Source: Podarcis cretensis
Taxonomy: Eukaryota
Assembly (NCBI GenBank): GCA_951804945.1
Contig: OX638155.1
Span: 60,264,001 to 60,328,000 of the forward strand
Direction of reading: 5' to 3'
DNA length: 64,000 nt
How positions within the stretch are numbered: the stretch's first letter is position 1; each line of letters starts with the position of its first letter. The translations under genes and the position numbers were made by a program. Shown here in pieces: positions 37,676 to 50,367 of this stretch. The notes beneath the pieces were generated by a model. That model saw nothing but the letters and a program-made list of their open reading frames with translations. It ran no database searches and was not told the origin of the DNA.

Positions 37676-37985
37676 GGAGAGGAGCTGTGTGTCAGTGGTA
37701 GAGCTCTGTATGCAAAATGTTGCAGGTTCAATCCCTGTCATCTCCAGGTAGGATTGGGCATGTCTCCACCTGAAATCCTGGAGACCCACAGCAAGTCAGT
37801 TTAGGCCAGGCACTCCCAAACTTGGCCCTCCAGCTGTTTTTGGACTACAGTTCCCATCATCCCTGATCACTGGTCCTGTTAGCTAGGGATGATGGGAGTT
37901 GTAGTCCCAAAACAGCAGGAGGGCCAAGTTTGGGGGTGCCTGGTTTAGGCAATACTGAATTAGAGGGACCAATGATCTGATTTGC
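37676..37985 (+). mobile_element. Squam3-like tRNA-derived SINE, interrupted by a MITE
   Basis: TCAGTGGTAGAGC (A box), GGTTCAATCCC (B box), CATCTCCAGGTAGG...CCTGAAATCCTGGAGA...AGTCAGT[MITE]...CAATACTGAATTAGAGGGACCAATGATCTGA. Confidence 0.75.
37807..37942. mobile_element. hAT MITE with 8-bp TSD
   Basis: TIR CAGGCACTCCCAAACTTGGCCCTCC / GGAGGGCCAAGTTTGGGGGTGCCTG. TSD GTTTAGGC at 37799-37806 and 37943-37950. Confidence 0.92.
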
Positions 37986-38004
37986 TATCCAGTGTTCTTG
38001 TGTA

Positions 38005-38339
38005 AAGGTAAAGGGACCCCTGACCATTAGGTCCAGTCATGGCCAACTGGGGTTGCGGCGCTCATCTCACTTTATTGGCTGAGGGATCCGGCATACAGCT
38101 TCCAGGTCATGTGGCCAGCTTCTGGTGAACCAGAGCAGCGCATGGAAACGCCGTTTACCTTCCCACCGGAGCGGTACCTAATTATCTACTTGCCCTTTGA
38201 CGTGCTTTCGAACTGCTAGGTTGGCAGGAGCAGGGACCGAGCAATGGGAGCTCACCTTGTTGCGGGGATTCGAACTGCCAGCCTTCTGATTGGCAAGTCC
38301 TAGGCTCTGTGGTTTAACCCACAGCACCACCCACGGCCC
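38005..38339 (-). mobile_element. Sauria SINE (Squam1), second and older subfamily
   Basis: (ACCTTT) tail, shared core GGAAACGCCGTTTACCTTCCC...TGCTTTCGAACTGCTAGGTTGGCAGG. TSD TGTTCTTGTGTA at 37993-38004 and 38340-38351. Confidence 0.93.
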
Positions 38340-39981
38340 TGTTCTTGTGTACTCTGCAGTAATAATTGTTCTACTCACGCCTACCCCACTTAGCACTGCA
38401 ATGAATTCCACCCACAAGTTTAATGAGGCTACTATATGTGTGTGTACACACATACTTCTTTGGACTGAGAGGATTAGGTAAATCTAACTAGTACTACATT
38501 AACATGCACACACAAGAAGCAAACAAATACACAAGGCATAGGAGAAAGATGGGTGAGTAACAAGTGGTCTGTGTAAGGCAATGGTGTGTTTTTTAAAAGA
38601 ATGGGCTGCTCAGAGAGCAGTCACCAATGCTGATGTGTGGAGTGCTGGTGATCAGCTCTTTGTCAGGCTGATGGTGAGCCCGAACTCCATGCAGGCTTGG
38701 GCACGAGTCTCTGTAGAGCTTCCTTGGAGTGCGCTGTCAAGGCTGTGTCATCTGCAAACATCATCTCTCAGATAAGAACCCACCACACTTTTGTCTCTGA
38801 GTGGGGATGTGCCAGGTTGAACAGACCCCTGTTGCTCTTTGAATGGAAGCATATACCATATTCAGTCAAGCTGAGGGCATAGGACAGCAACAGGGAGAAG
38901 GGAGAAGAATAAGCCAAAGAGAGTTGACACCGCTCTTTATAAGAAAGGTGTGGGACATCAACATTCTACATATCTGGATAGACTTGGCAAAACAAAATCG
39001 TTTTTAGTAGGTGCAAAAAGGAACTACAGTGATGCCTGATAACAAGGAGCAAAGATTTCTGCTTCAGCAAGCCAGGATCCAGAGATGCAGCAACTGAGAA
39101 GGAGTCCTTAAAAGGACTCTTGACCACCAACAAGGACTACCAACAAGTAGGGATCCAGGCAGGCAGAAAACTGGAGGTAGTTGAGGAAAAGCTGCGGAAG
39201 AGAATGGAATCAGTCCCCTAGTTCCATGCTGAAATAAAGTGATTTCAGTATGAGTGGTTTCAAGCAGCAAACTGAAGAATTTGGCTGTGAAGCCTGGTGT
39301 TTATATACTGCCCTAAACAAAATCTCTGAAGCAAATTCCCAACTTGATTTGCTATAGGGAGGTGTAATTCCTGGGCAGCCTTTCTTGCAGCACGGTGTAA
39401 CTATGCACTTTTTGGCAGGATGGGGTCCCCACCCTGCAGAGTTTTCTTTTGTGGAGGCCAATAGTGTTATGCACTCTTTAGTTAGCATGATTAAATTAAA
39501 TTTAGACCGGCCTCCTCTCTGGAGCAATGCCTTATTGTAATACTGGCTTGACAGGGTTTCATTGCCTGAGGTCCTATGCATGTGAATTGCAACATCATCT
39601 CAGTCGAGGTGACCAATTTCCACCAGGCAGGCATCCAGCAGCCTCCTTGCTTTTATTGCAAAATAAACCATAGTCAATACTGGAGCGAAATGCCTCCCAG
39701 GCTCTTGCAGCTAGCAGCCTGCCAACACTTCCCTTTTACCTTTAAAGAAAGACAAAAACAGTTTCTGCAATGATTTCTTTAATGGTGAAAAGACTCCACT
39801 CCCAACAACAGCACTAACAGAGGGCCATCTGAAACACAGGTAGACAGGCTCCCTGGCTTCCCATGCTTACAGGAAAGCCCAGCAGTGGACGTCATGAGGT
39901 TTTCAGGAAGCATAGGCTACTGGGAAGGCTGCAGAATGAAAACCTCACCTCTTCGCTATTTTCAAATACAGTATTTTTGGA

Positions 39982-40115
39982 TACAGATAGGTAGCCGTGT
40001 TGGTCTGCCATAGTCAAAACAAAAAAATTCCTTCCAGTAGCACCTTAAAGACCAACTAAGTCAGTTCTTGGTATGAGCTTTCGTGTGCATGCACACTTCT
40101 TCAGATACACTTCTT
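39982..40115 (-). mobile_element. Short Penelope-like element end with 13-bp TSD
   Basis: GTAGCCGTGTTGGTCTG...CCAGTAGCACCTTAAAGACCAAC...ATGAGCTTTCGTG resembles vertebrate Penelope terminal repeats. TSD CAGTATTTTTGGA at 39969-39981 and 40116-40128. Confidence 0.8.
40071..40108 (-). ncRNA. Minimal type I hammerhead ribozyme motif
   Basis: Minus RNA: GUAU CUGAAGA A GUGUG-CAUG-CACAC GAAA GC UC^AUAC. It has CUGANGA and GAAA boxes, stem I GUAU/AUAC, stem II, and palindromic AGCU in place of stem III. Confidence 0.85.
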
Positions 40116-40600
40116 CAGTATTTTTGGAGATAGGTTAAAAAAAAATGCAACCTATCAATTCAACATGGTTAACTTTTGTATTTGATTTTATGTATGTATG
40201 AGTGTATGTGTGTAAAAAAACCAAAACAATAAGAATTTTTGAATTATTGGGGAAATGTCACTGGGCTCTTAATGAAATCCATGAGTCTGACCATCTGATA
40301 TCCCCAGCTTTAGCCAAATCACCTCCCACTTTGTCCCTGTTAAAAGCAGCTGCTAGGACAGGTATCACAAAATAAAATTGGGGCCTTCCTTCCTTCACCC
40401 CCCTTCCCATAATTCAACAGCAGCAGTTACACCCCACTTACTTAAATAAGAAGCCAGTGCAGGGCTTCCACCCAATGCAAATAGCAGCAGCAGTGAAGAA
40501 GCACTTGTTGTCAGGACTGCAGTACCTGCTATAATGCTGATAATTATCACCCCACAGCAATTTATATTTGCATTTTTAAAATAAACATGTGCACATTAAA

Positions 40601-40645
40601 TCATAGAATTGTAGAGTTGGGTCATCTAGTCCAACCCCCCTGTGC
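40601..40645 (-). mobile_element. CR1 extreme 3' end
   Basis: TCATAGAATTGTAGAGTTGG..GTCATCTAGTCCAACCCCC. Confidence 0.7.
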
Positions 40646-40744
40646 AAAGACATATTTAACACCAACCTAGTTTGGTCCTCAGTAATAGAGCTCGCAGAAG
40701 GTCACATGCTGAATAACCGGCAACTGCAGGAAGGGTAAGACAGC

Positions 40745-41095
40745 TGTGAGTCGAGGACTCTTCACCCACATAGGGTTATAATAAGGCACACAGACATGTT
40801 ATTTTAGGTTAATGGGCAAAATTAGGCCACAGCTTTTATTGGTTACAGCATGTGAGTAGTATTGGCTTAGGCATTGGATGAAACAGCAATACAAGACTCC
40901 ACCCCACACAGTCGGAGGTCATATCAGGGTTAACAACCAATAGGAGGAGCTTGTTGATGCAAATACAACTGGAAGCAACCCCATGACATCACCGGGGGTC
41001 GTGCCATGGCCCTAGCTGCTAGCAGGGCATCGGACAGGATCCACGACCGCTGGATTCCTTTAACAGAATACCCATAAGAGGAGGGCCCACTCACA
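40745..41095 (-). mobile_element. Putative solo or partial LTR inserted in a Squam3-like SINE
   Basis: Bounded by TGTGAGT...ACTCACA, with minus-strand AATAAA near 40835-40840. SINE-like sequence lies upstream (40680-40744) and resumes at about 41122 (CTGTCTGAAACCCTGGAGA...CAATACTGAGCAAGATGGACCA). No clean TSD. Confidence 0.45.
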
Positions 41096-41299
41096 ACCCC
41101 TCCCCTCTGGGAGGAGGAGAGGCTCTGTCTGAAACCCTGGAGATTGTGTGTCAGTCAGGGTAAACAATACTGAGCAAGATGGACCACTGTTCCAACACTA
41201 TTTGGCAGCTTCCAACATACTTACATTCCTGTTCGGCTGCACTGGTTTTCCACTTTGCCATTAAATGACCTGAACAAGCAAACCTTGAATGTCTTCTGC

Positions 41300-41680
41300 C
41301 GTGTGAGCACTTGAGGTGCTGGCAATCTGCTGGGCAAGACCTTTTTAAGATCAAGCAAAAAGCAAGATTTCTTCCATGATGCTACTGTTGCTTTGAAACT
41401 GTCCCTCCCAGGAGGCCTGCCTAGCCAGCTCACTTATAGCTTTTGGCATGCAATGAACATTTTTATTCCACCACCCTTTTCATATTTTGACTGTGACAGG
41501 TATGGGTTTCTTGGCAGGTGCTGCGTTATCGTTTTGGTCATTTGAGAGTGATGCTTTATATTGTGGTCATATGTCTTGATTTTTATTGTTATTGATTTCA
41601 CGTTATTGTAAACTACCTTGCATAATTTCGGTCAGAATGGTGGTCTAGACATCTTGAAAATAAAGAAATTAAGTAAATAA
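41300..41680 (+). mobile_element. Old L2-like 3' remnant
   Basis: CCCTCCCAGGAGGCCTGCCTAGCC..., a T-rich UTR, TTGTAAACTACCTTG...GAATGGTGGTCTAGA...AAATAAA. Confidence 0.5.
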
Positions 41681-42969
41681 TCCTGAATGTTTGGGATCAT
41701 TGAGTCATCTGCTACATGCCTCTATGCATTAACAGTCAGCATTTTCTGAAAATTATTTCTCCCCATGGACCGATGGGCTCTGATGCAGAGCAAGTGGCAA
41801 TCAGTAGATGAAATCCAATGGTTTTAGATCAGCCGAGTCATCAATTGTTTCATTTTTGGAGCTGAGTTCTAATTTAGTCACACTGAAGACAAACAAAACT
41901 CAGCTGGTTTGATATCAGCATTTCACTTTAACAGAGATTCTCTCGGAAAAACAGTTAAAAGTGATTAAAAGTGGGAACTGGTTAATTATCCAACAAAAAC
42001 TATCTTTTAATAATTGTAGCTAACACAAACATTTTCCTTTTCAACTAGCATATACTCTAAACTTAGAAAGTGTCCAGTGCTACTCTGAGAAAAAAGTTGC
42101 AAGAGGTATACCCTATATACAAACTGTACACTGGTACTCAGTCAAAAGCACAAATGCTTAAATTATCCTGAATTTCTTCAGTCCGTAAAACAAGCAAAAT
42201 TAAGATTATATTTTCACTTATATTGGGCAATTGAGTAATTATTATAATATGCTACTGAAAGAAACCAAGCATAAACAATAGATACTTATGCTTCTACTGT
42301 ATTATTTAGAGATATTTTGAGCAGATCATAAAGCAACAGGATTCATAATTGCGAGCAATACAGAGGTGCTTACATTGATTGTAACTAATGAGGTATTGTT
42401 ATAAAGCCTCGGGCATCTTGCCACTTGTTTTGCATAAATAATGTAAGGAATAAAATTGCATCCTGTTAACGTGGCGCTTTTTTTAACTCATCTGCTGAAA
42501 ACAGAGTGAAGGTGTGGGTGTGTGACAATAGACCCATCACGCATGCACAGAATGCTATACAGATGCTTGTAAAAATTAATCGGTGAAGTATTCATGTGTA
42601 GCTGCTCGCCATAATGGCTTGGCCGTCATCGTCCATTTTGAGTCAAGCAGACAAGCTAAGGGTTGGATCCTGAATTGCCCTTCCATCCACAGCAGGGAAT
42701 GCAATCCAGCACAGACTCCAGCTGAATGAACACAGGAAGGAGCCTATTTCTGCTAATTCCCCTACAGCTAGGGATGGGAGATCCCATTTTCAGCAGACAC
42801 AGCAACCCTAACTGATTTGAAATGTTTCTTTTTCACAGCAACAAGACAATATTTCCTCCCTGTCTTCTTAACTTGTCTATCTATTTTTTTAACTGACCAG
42901 GCAGAGAGCCTGTGAGACCCTGGTGTGATTCAGCACCAGGCATCAAGAAACAGACTGGAAGTTAGATTA

Positions 42970-43090
42970 AGGCTTCCATACATCCTCCACCCCAAATCTT
43001 GGAAACCAATTTGTAAAGGATGCTGGGAGTTGTAGCTCTGTGACGGATGAACTACAGTTGCCAGGATTCTTGGGTGTATGTGTGCTTTAA

Positions 43091-43127
<37 letters not shown>

Positions 43128-43272
43128 TTATTATTTGTACCCCGCCCATCTGGCTGGGTTTCCCCAGCCACTCTGGGCGGCTTCCATAGAAACCAAAAAT
43201 ACAGTAAAATATCACAGATTAAAAACTTCCCTGAACAGGGCTGCCTTAAGATTTTAAATGTATGGTGTGCAT
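42970..43272. mobile_element. Hairpin MITE (family of 45429-45590) interrupted by an L2 tail
   Basis: GGATGCTGGGAGTTGTAGCTCTGTGA..AACTACAGTT.CCAGGA...TTTAAAT[insert]TTTAAATGTATGGTGTG. Confidence 0.6.
43093..43252 (-). mobile_element. L2-type LINE 3' end with (TTA)n tail
   Basis: (AAT)n then TTATTTGTACCCCGCCCATCTGGCTGGGTTTCCCCAGCCACTCTGGGCGGCTTCC. Flanked by TTTAAAT at 43086-43092 and 43253-43259. Confidence 0.8.
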
Positions 43273-45428
43273 AAGATAGTAGCATAGACGGAACTCTCTA
43301 GGACCTAGGAGAGCTCCCAGGCTGAAAGGGATGCTGCTGCTGCCACCACTGGGGGTTATGACTCAATACTGGAGAAGTCCTGCGGACAGCTCAGACCTCT
43401 CACCTTAACTGTGACTTAGCAAAACTTTATAAAGGGGATTCCATCCTGACTTGGAGCATCATACTTCAGCATCTCCAGATAGCCTCCGGATGCACCTTCA
43501 TTGTTCTTTGCAAGACTTTTGCTCATTCCCTTCCCTATGGTGCTCCAAATGCTGCAAAATCAACATTTTTCAGGGACTCTGGGAAATGTCCTGAGCATCA
43601 GAGTCCTTAACATCAAAAATCTGGAGAACAACACATCCCAGGGCTCCTTGTGTCTGGGATCTAACATTTGCCGTATTTACCCATTTGTTCTACTTGTCAT
43701 TTATTTAAGAATGACTAGAAATGGGTCCTATTCGCTTGAGTTTTCCACTAGTCCTGAAATGTTTGCACATCTCAAATGCCCAAACTTCATAGGATCAGTG
43801 TTATTTTCAAAAAGAGAGAGGAGACAGAGAAGCAGACTATGAATCTTTTTCAGGCCGGTCTTCCTGATGCTGAAGAACACATACAGTGTGCTGGCATTGA
43901 GTCAAATCCCAGAGAAGATATGGCTGATGCAATCTTGCACTTTGTAAAATGGCTTCAACAAGGGCATTGTAACTGGGTATGCGCAGCTAGACCCTTCATA
44001 TTAGCACGGGGTGGGGTGGGGGAGAGGAATTAGATCCATGTTATTTATTTTTGTGTGTTGAATCCCAACCAATATGATCTCCTAGTAATAAGTATATTTG
44101 GAATAAATGTAATAATATCCACATGGATATAACCCTCAACACCTATCTATGCTTAAATATACTAGTGCATGTTATTGATAAATTGATATTTTACATGGTA
44201 TATAAAACCGAGGTACCCTCAAATTTCCCAATCATTTTTAGAACACCTATTTGGGATCATAGCACCTGATAGCTACCTTTTTCTGTGACCAGGAAGCAGT
44301 GAGTGGAGAAAAGCCAAAGGAGGGTAATAAAGTTCCCTCACTGGAAATTATGCACAGAAAAGCTGTTTTCTTTTTAAAGTAAACAATTTAATTTTAAAAA
44401 GCAAAGGGATTAGATACACACAGCATCCAGATGAATAAATGCAAAATGTAAGGCAAAGAATTGCGTTTTGCAGAGACATATCACCTTACTGGTAAGTAGC
44501 TCTCTGAATAGATTTCTAAATGATTGATGCTGTTTTAGCTAATTCTGACACTGTCTTGCTTTTTTTGACCTTGGAATGAAAATTCGGTCAAAATTCTCAA
44601 GAGTAAGTTTGAACCTTTGGCTCCACACCACTCTATCCTGCCATATGAGTCCGTGCCCATTATGTGTGCATACATCTGTGCATATTGCTTCTTAATATGC
44701 ACATTTGAAAGGCTACAGGAAGATACCCTTTGGCCAATGTCAGGGTCAAGCTGCACATTAAGCGCACTTCTTTCTTTTTTTAAAGGATGCTTAACATTAC
44801 CACTTTTCACTTGGAGGAAAAGCAGCCGATCAGCAGCTGTTGCTAGTGAGAAGAGGCAATCAGACAGAAAACAGTAAATAGCCATCCTTTCTCCATTCCC
44901 TTGCCTTACAATGGGGATAGTAAAAAGGGGCTCTCGAACTTTCTACCCACATGGCTCACTTAGCTGAAAATTACATAGGCCCACCAGTCACAAAATGGTG
45001 GCAGATGGAGGCACAGTTTCCAGGCACCAACAGTAATCTATTTGTTTTGAAAATGCTACATTATTTTCCACAGCATTTCCTTGTGACAAGCAGTTCCTAT
45101 ATTCTCTTCCTCTCATAATCTTCCCTTTCTATTTCTGTTATTAATAAATAAAAATTAAATGCTAATCTTTGGATTTGATTTCCCCCCAACATTGCCTCTT
45201 TTTACTTCAGAAAGGGGCAGCCTTCCTTCCCCTACCCTGCCCAACTGCTATGTTTCTCAGACACTTTTACTCAGCATGCAAAGAGTTGCTGGTGCTGGCA
45301 TTGTCCCAACCAAACGACTATGGCACAGCTAGTAGGTAAGGCAGCCAAAGGAGGAGACACTGTGCAGGCTGTGGCACTTGAGACTCACCTGAAAGTGGCC
45401 CATTGGCGGGTCCCAGCTGAGAGTTTGA

Positions 45429-45590
45429 GGCTGCATGCACACCATACATTTAATGCACATGCCCTCCCCCCCCCAAAAAGAATACTGGGAACTGTAGCTT
45501 GTTGAGGGTGCTAGGAATTATAGCTCTGTGAAGAGTAAAGTACAGTTCTCAGGAGGATGTTCCTTAAATGTCTGTGGTGTGTACACAGCC
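45429..45590. mobile_element. PIF/Harbinger-like MITE with 3-bp TSD
   Basis: TIR GGCTGCATGCACACCATACATTTAA / TTAAATGTCTGTGGTGTGTACACAGCC, with TGA on both sides (45426-45428, 45591-45593). Confidence 0.7.
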
Positions 45591-47238
45591 TGAAAAACAC
45601 AGTTGTAAAGGATCCGGGGGGGGGGGACAGTGGGCAAGGGCACTGACAAACAGAAATTCTCCTGGAAGTTCCCCTGTAATTCCTGCTGCAAGTCTTGCCA
45701 TTTCTGGTAGTTGATGAGAGATGTGAGGAAGCAAGAGAAGGTAGCAACAGCTCCTACCTTCACCCACTCTGGGTATCGCACAGTACCACCTTCAGAGAAA
45801 ATGGGCACAGGAGCCTCTGTCCAATTGCTTGCCCTATCTTTCTCTGGGTGCTACAGCTTAGAGGACTGGACATGGACAAATTAGCTCTAGTAGCAACACT
45901 GGATGGGGCCGCACATTTTACCTTTATATAAGAGAGGCATCCAGCCACTTCAGTGGGACTCAGGATGAGCACTGGAATGCAGGTGCAAAGGCACATTCAG
46001 ACACCAAACACAACAACATGAACTCTGCATACATAAGTCTGCTTCCACATGTTCTCTGAAGAAAGCAAGATATCCTTACTGACAAACCAAGACATTTTCA
46101 GAGTTGGAAAAACTGTGCATTGTTTAGCATATTCAAATTCGTTTCTCTAAGACTTCTGTTTGCTATGCCTTTGACTGAGTTTATTTGCAGCATGTATTTT
46201 GTTCATTAATTTTGTTTGCATATGTTGATTTAGAGCGGGTTAAACATAGTGTGGACTTGATGCAACTAACCCTCTCACCCAAGTATTTAAGTAACAAGCT
46301 TTTTTTACTTATGTTTTGTAGCAACATGCATATTGCAACTTTCATTTATACTGTAACTTTCCCTTGTCACGCGCTACTGTTCTCCTGTGCAGAAACCACT
46401 GGCAGAAGCGAAAAAGCAGGTCACCTAATGATGACAATGTATTTTAAGCATTACAAGCTCTCTTGAAATCCTACCTTCAGCAACACAGAACGGCAGCTAA
46501 ATAATTCATTGGGTATTGACAAGGTCCGATAAAAGGGAAGTCTGGATTGCACTGGGACCAATGACTTCTTTTCCGTGTCCACAAGGAAGATGCATTTCTG
46601 CTTCCTTCCCCTTTTGGAAGATTTACATACTTCTCTCTTCACATTATGTTGGGCTCTTAGTGCTAGAGTTCTAGCTGGACAGTGTGAGAACTAACTATAT
46701 CTGCTTTGTCCTGCACATTCATTGAGTGTGACATCATATGCAGCTGATTCCATAGTCATGTAAGACATATTCTCAAATCATAAGGCTTTTCCAACACACT
46801 GAATAAATGCTTCTTCGTTGCAGTTTCTTTTGCAATGTCTAGATTTCCCTTCCCCCTACCATAGACATCTAAACTTAGACTGCAGCCTGTTACAAAGGAG
46901 CTTCGATTGTAATCAACATGGCTGCAATGTACAAAAGTGTGGCCCAAATGGAGTTTTAATTTGCTTGTTGGCCCATTGACGTTGCAGTATATGAAAGGCT
47001 AAAGTTTATTATACAACCCTTTTTTTTAAAAAAAGAGCCCTGCTGCTCTATGATATCATTCATACATGCGTCAGAAAACATTGTAAATATGGGAGAAAAT
47101 TAATCCCCCCCCTCCTATGTAATTTGCTCTAAATTGTACTGCAATGACCTGCATCCTTTTGCTGTATATCTATTGTCATGGTACTTCAAATGCACTTAAT
47201 AAATTGCACCTTCTATGAAAAGAAAAGGTGATGGATTG

Positions 47239-47378
47239 NNNNNNNNNNNNNNNNNNNNNNNNNNNNNNNNNNNNNNNNNNNNNNNNNNNNNNNNNNNNNN
47301 NNNNNNNNNNNNNNNNNNNNNNNNNNNNNNNNNNNNNNNNNNNNNNNNNNNNNNNNNNNNNNNNNNNNNNNNNNNNNN
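47239..47378. other. Assembly gap (140 N)
   Basis: Run of N. Confidence 1.
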
Positions 47379-49452
47379 GGTTGAAAGATGCTGGTGTTGC
47401 TATATTTGGCTAATGGTCTAGGGATGCTAGAGTGAAGAAGGGTAATTCACAGGGGTGCATGCATTATTTAATGAATCCCTCTGAGATAGAAGAAAGGACA
47501 GATCAATGATAAAATGACAAGTTATCATTGCTTACAAAGCACATTTAAACAAACTGAGTAATGTTCAAAGGGGGGGGGGGAGAGACTTTTCAGCTCTCTT
47601 GTAAGATAGCCATATTCTTACTGTCACATGTTCATCCTTCCTTTTTTCAGAGGCATACTTTTGCTACATTATCACATTATTAAATTTTGTCTCCATGTCA
47701 GAGTGAAAATAAAAGCAAAACCTTGCAAGCTACTGGACAGTTAGGTCTAACTGAAAGTTATAATGGATACAGCATGTATATACGATACTAAAAAATTGAT
47801 AGCTCTGTCATGTGGGACCCATTAACAAGCTTTTTCGGCGGGCAGAGTTTGGGGCTTCGTCTCCAGGAGCACTTAGCTACCCTAGGATGCTCAAGCCATG
47901 CAGACTAAGTAGTTATTTTATTTACAGGTGATCAGTTATGAATTAATATGAACGGCAAATTGTGCGTCTGAAGTTGGGGCTAAATGTTCTTCTACGAACA
48001 ACAGTGATCAAGATACAAGACGTTAATAAAAGGAAAAGGAAGTTATTTGGGATAAATTAATTTCTAAGTAGCATGACAGCAGATGCAACCATAAAGTTTC
48101 TAATGAAAACAGTGGTTTATATCTGAAGAATATATAACAAAAATATTATGCTACAGTTAGGGTGTGTTTCAAATAAAGGTTCAAGAGAAGAGACCACAGG
48201 CTAAAGGAACAAATAAAAATAAGTTAATGGCTTTTGCACGAAAACAGCAGTTATAAATAGAGTTTTTGGAAATGTATCTCTTTAATACCCGACAATGAAC
48301 TATAACTGCTGCTCCTTAGCTTTCCTGGAAGATGTTTAGAATTTATGCATCTCTATACATTCTCCTTTATAATACAGAAGGAGCTATCACACATTGGCTT
48401 GGCCATTGTGACCATGTGAGCATGATGCAGGCTCCTGGAGAGGATCTTACAGCTGGTTTGGGACTTGTAGTATAAACCTTGGTTCCACCTCATGGTCAAT
48501 GAGGAGTGAGCTCACTAGGAGCCCTAGTTCAGATGACATGCCAAGACAAAGCTTGGCTTACCTTAGCGTGGTACAGCAGCAAAAAGGACCAGTGAAAAGC
48601 AAGGGGCCTGTGCACTTGTCTGGAAGACCTCACGCTCTCTAGGTCAAGGTTTGGCTTAGCCTATTGAACCAGGCTGGTATGTCATTCTTTTTGCACTCTA
48701 TTTAGACAAATTATGCCAGTTTACTATGAAACTGTTTTAGCAATGTGATCCAAATCTCTGACTGGCTTCATATTTTTCCATTTCCATGCATCTAATTTGC
48801 CAAAGGACACATTTTCTCTGATCCAATGGCAGCTTCAAAATGGACAAAGATCTCATTCATACTCAGGGATATTCTGTCCACTTTAATGCATAGATGGGGT
48901 GGCTTCATAGATAACAAAATATACACATGCAGAACTCTCTATAAAAATTTCCTAATCTGGGAATAATCCCAGTCTCCTCCTTTTGCTCTGTGTAAAATCT
49001 GGACCACTCCCTTCCTCTGAAGTACTTTAAAGCAGGATCATTTAGAAAGCCTCCTTCTGCATGATAAAATTTGGGATGAAGCTTTATTTCATTCACAAGA
49101 CTCTTCAAGAAGGTATACCATACTCCATTCTGGCTCCTGGTCTCAGGGGTCCTCAGAACCCCACGTGATCCCCTGTACTCAGAGCATCCCCTGGTGGAGA
49201 ATTTACTTGAAGGGTTTCATTGCCCCCTCTCATTACAGGACTCCACTCATTTCGTTTTATATAAACTGTGGTCTCTCCTGTTTTCTCTTACATAGTTCTT
49301 CTGACTCTACTTGTACATTTACCTCTCCTGCTAGCTTTTCCAGCTCCCTCTCCTGCTCCCTCTTTCTGGCTCACCACTATAGAGATAACCCTAGACCCCT
49401 TCTGTTCTATTACTCTTCCTCATATGCTCAGGAAGAAATGTGGAAATCTAAG

Positions 49453-49484
49453 GTGTGTGTGTGTGTGTGTGTGTGTGTACACAC

Positions 49485-49528
<44 letters not shown>
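49453..49528. repeat. Compound (GT)n / (GA)n microsatellite
   Basis: Direct reading. Confidence 0.95.
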
Positions 49529-49530
<2 letters not shown>

Positions 49531-50136
49531 TTTTACTGAAAAGGTGGCAATGCTCAGAACCCTTCCAAAAAGAGGCAAAACACTTACACACTCCCATAGA
49601 CAAATTAAATGCAGACCATAAAAGAAGCTACTCAGCAGAAACAAACAACCCCCAAACCTCTATTTCTTAAGGGAGCTCAGGAAGCCTGACTGGGGCACTG
49701 TGGTGTCCATGGGTGCCATATTGGGGACCTTCCGGTTCACTCAACATTGGGGTCTGCCAATCAGAAAAGTGTTTAAATATTTCTAGGTACACCATATCCT
49801 CTGCAGGTGATCTGAGAGCTGATAAAGATGTAATGAAATCCCTAATCTTAGTAATGGTAACTAAGCAAGCATGCAACATGTGTGGGCCAGGCGCTGGTAG
49901 ATATCCATGCATTATAATTAGGGATCTAACTATTTAAAGCAGATGAAACAAGATCCCAAAACTTCTATATAAAATTGTTTGAAATGGCCAATATAATCTT
50001 TGGCTTTTACATTCTCCATTCAACTTTAATGCCCCCGGCTCTTTAGGAACATTGTTGGACCTGATGTAATATCAAACTACCTCTGAAAAAGTATTCCCTA
50101 TGATAACTTGCAGTTTTGCAAGCCATTGTATGTACA

Positions 50137-50362
50137 CAGTTGTACCTCGGGTTACATAAGCTTCAGGTTACAGACTCCGCTAACCCAGAAATAGTACCTC
50201 AGGTTAAGAACTTTGCTTCAGGATAAGAACAGAAATTGTGCTCTGGCGGCGCGGCGGCAGCGGGAGGCCCCATTAGCTAAAGTGGTACTTCAGGTTAAGA
50301 ACAGTTTCAGGTTAAGAACGGACCTCCGGAATGAATTAAGTACTTAACCCAAGGTACCACTG
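50137..50362. mobile_element. Tc1/mariner (Tigger/pogo-like) MITE, copy 1
   Basis: TIR CAGTTGTACCTCGGGTTA / TAACCCAAGGTACCACTG followed by TA, with internal repeats of CAGGTTAAGAAC. Confidence 0.88.
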
Positions 50363-50367
50363 TATGT

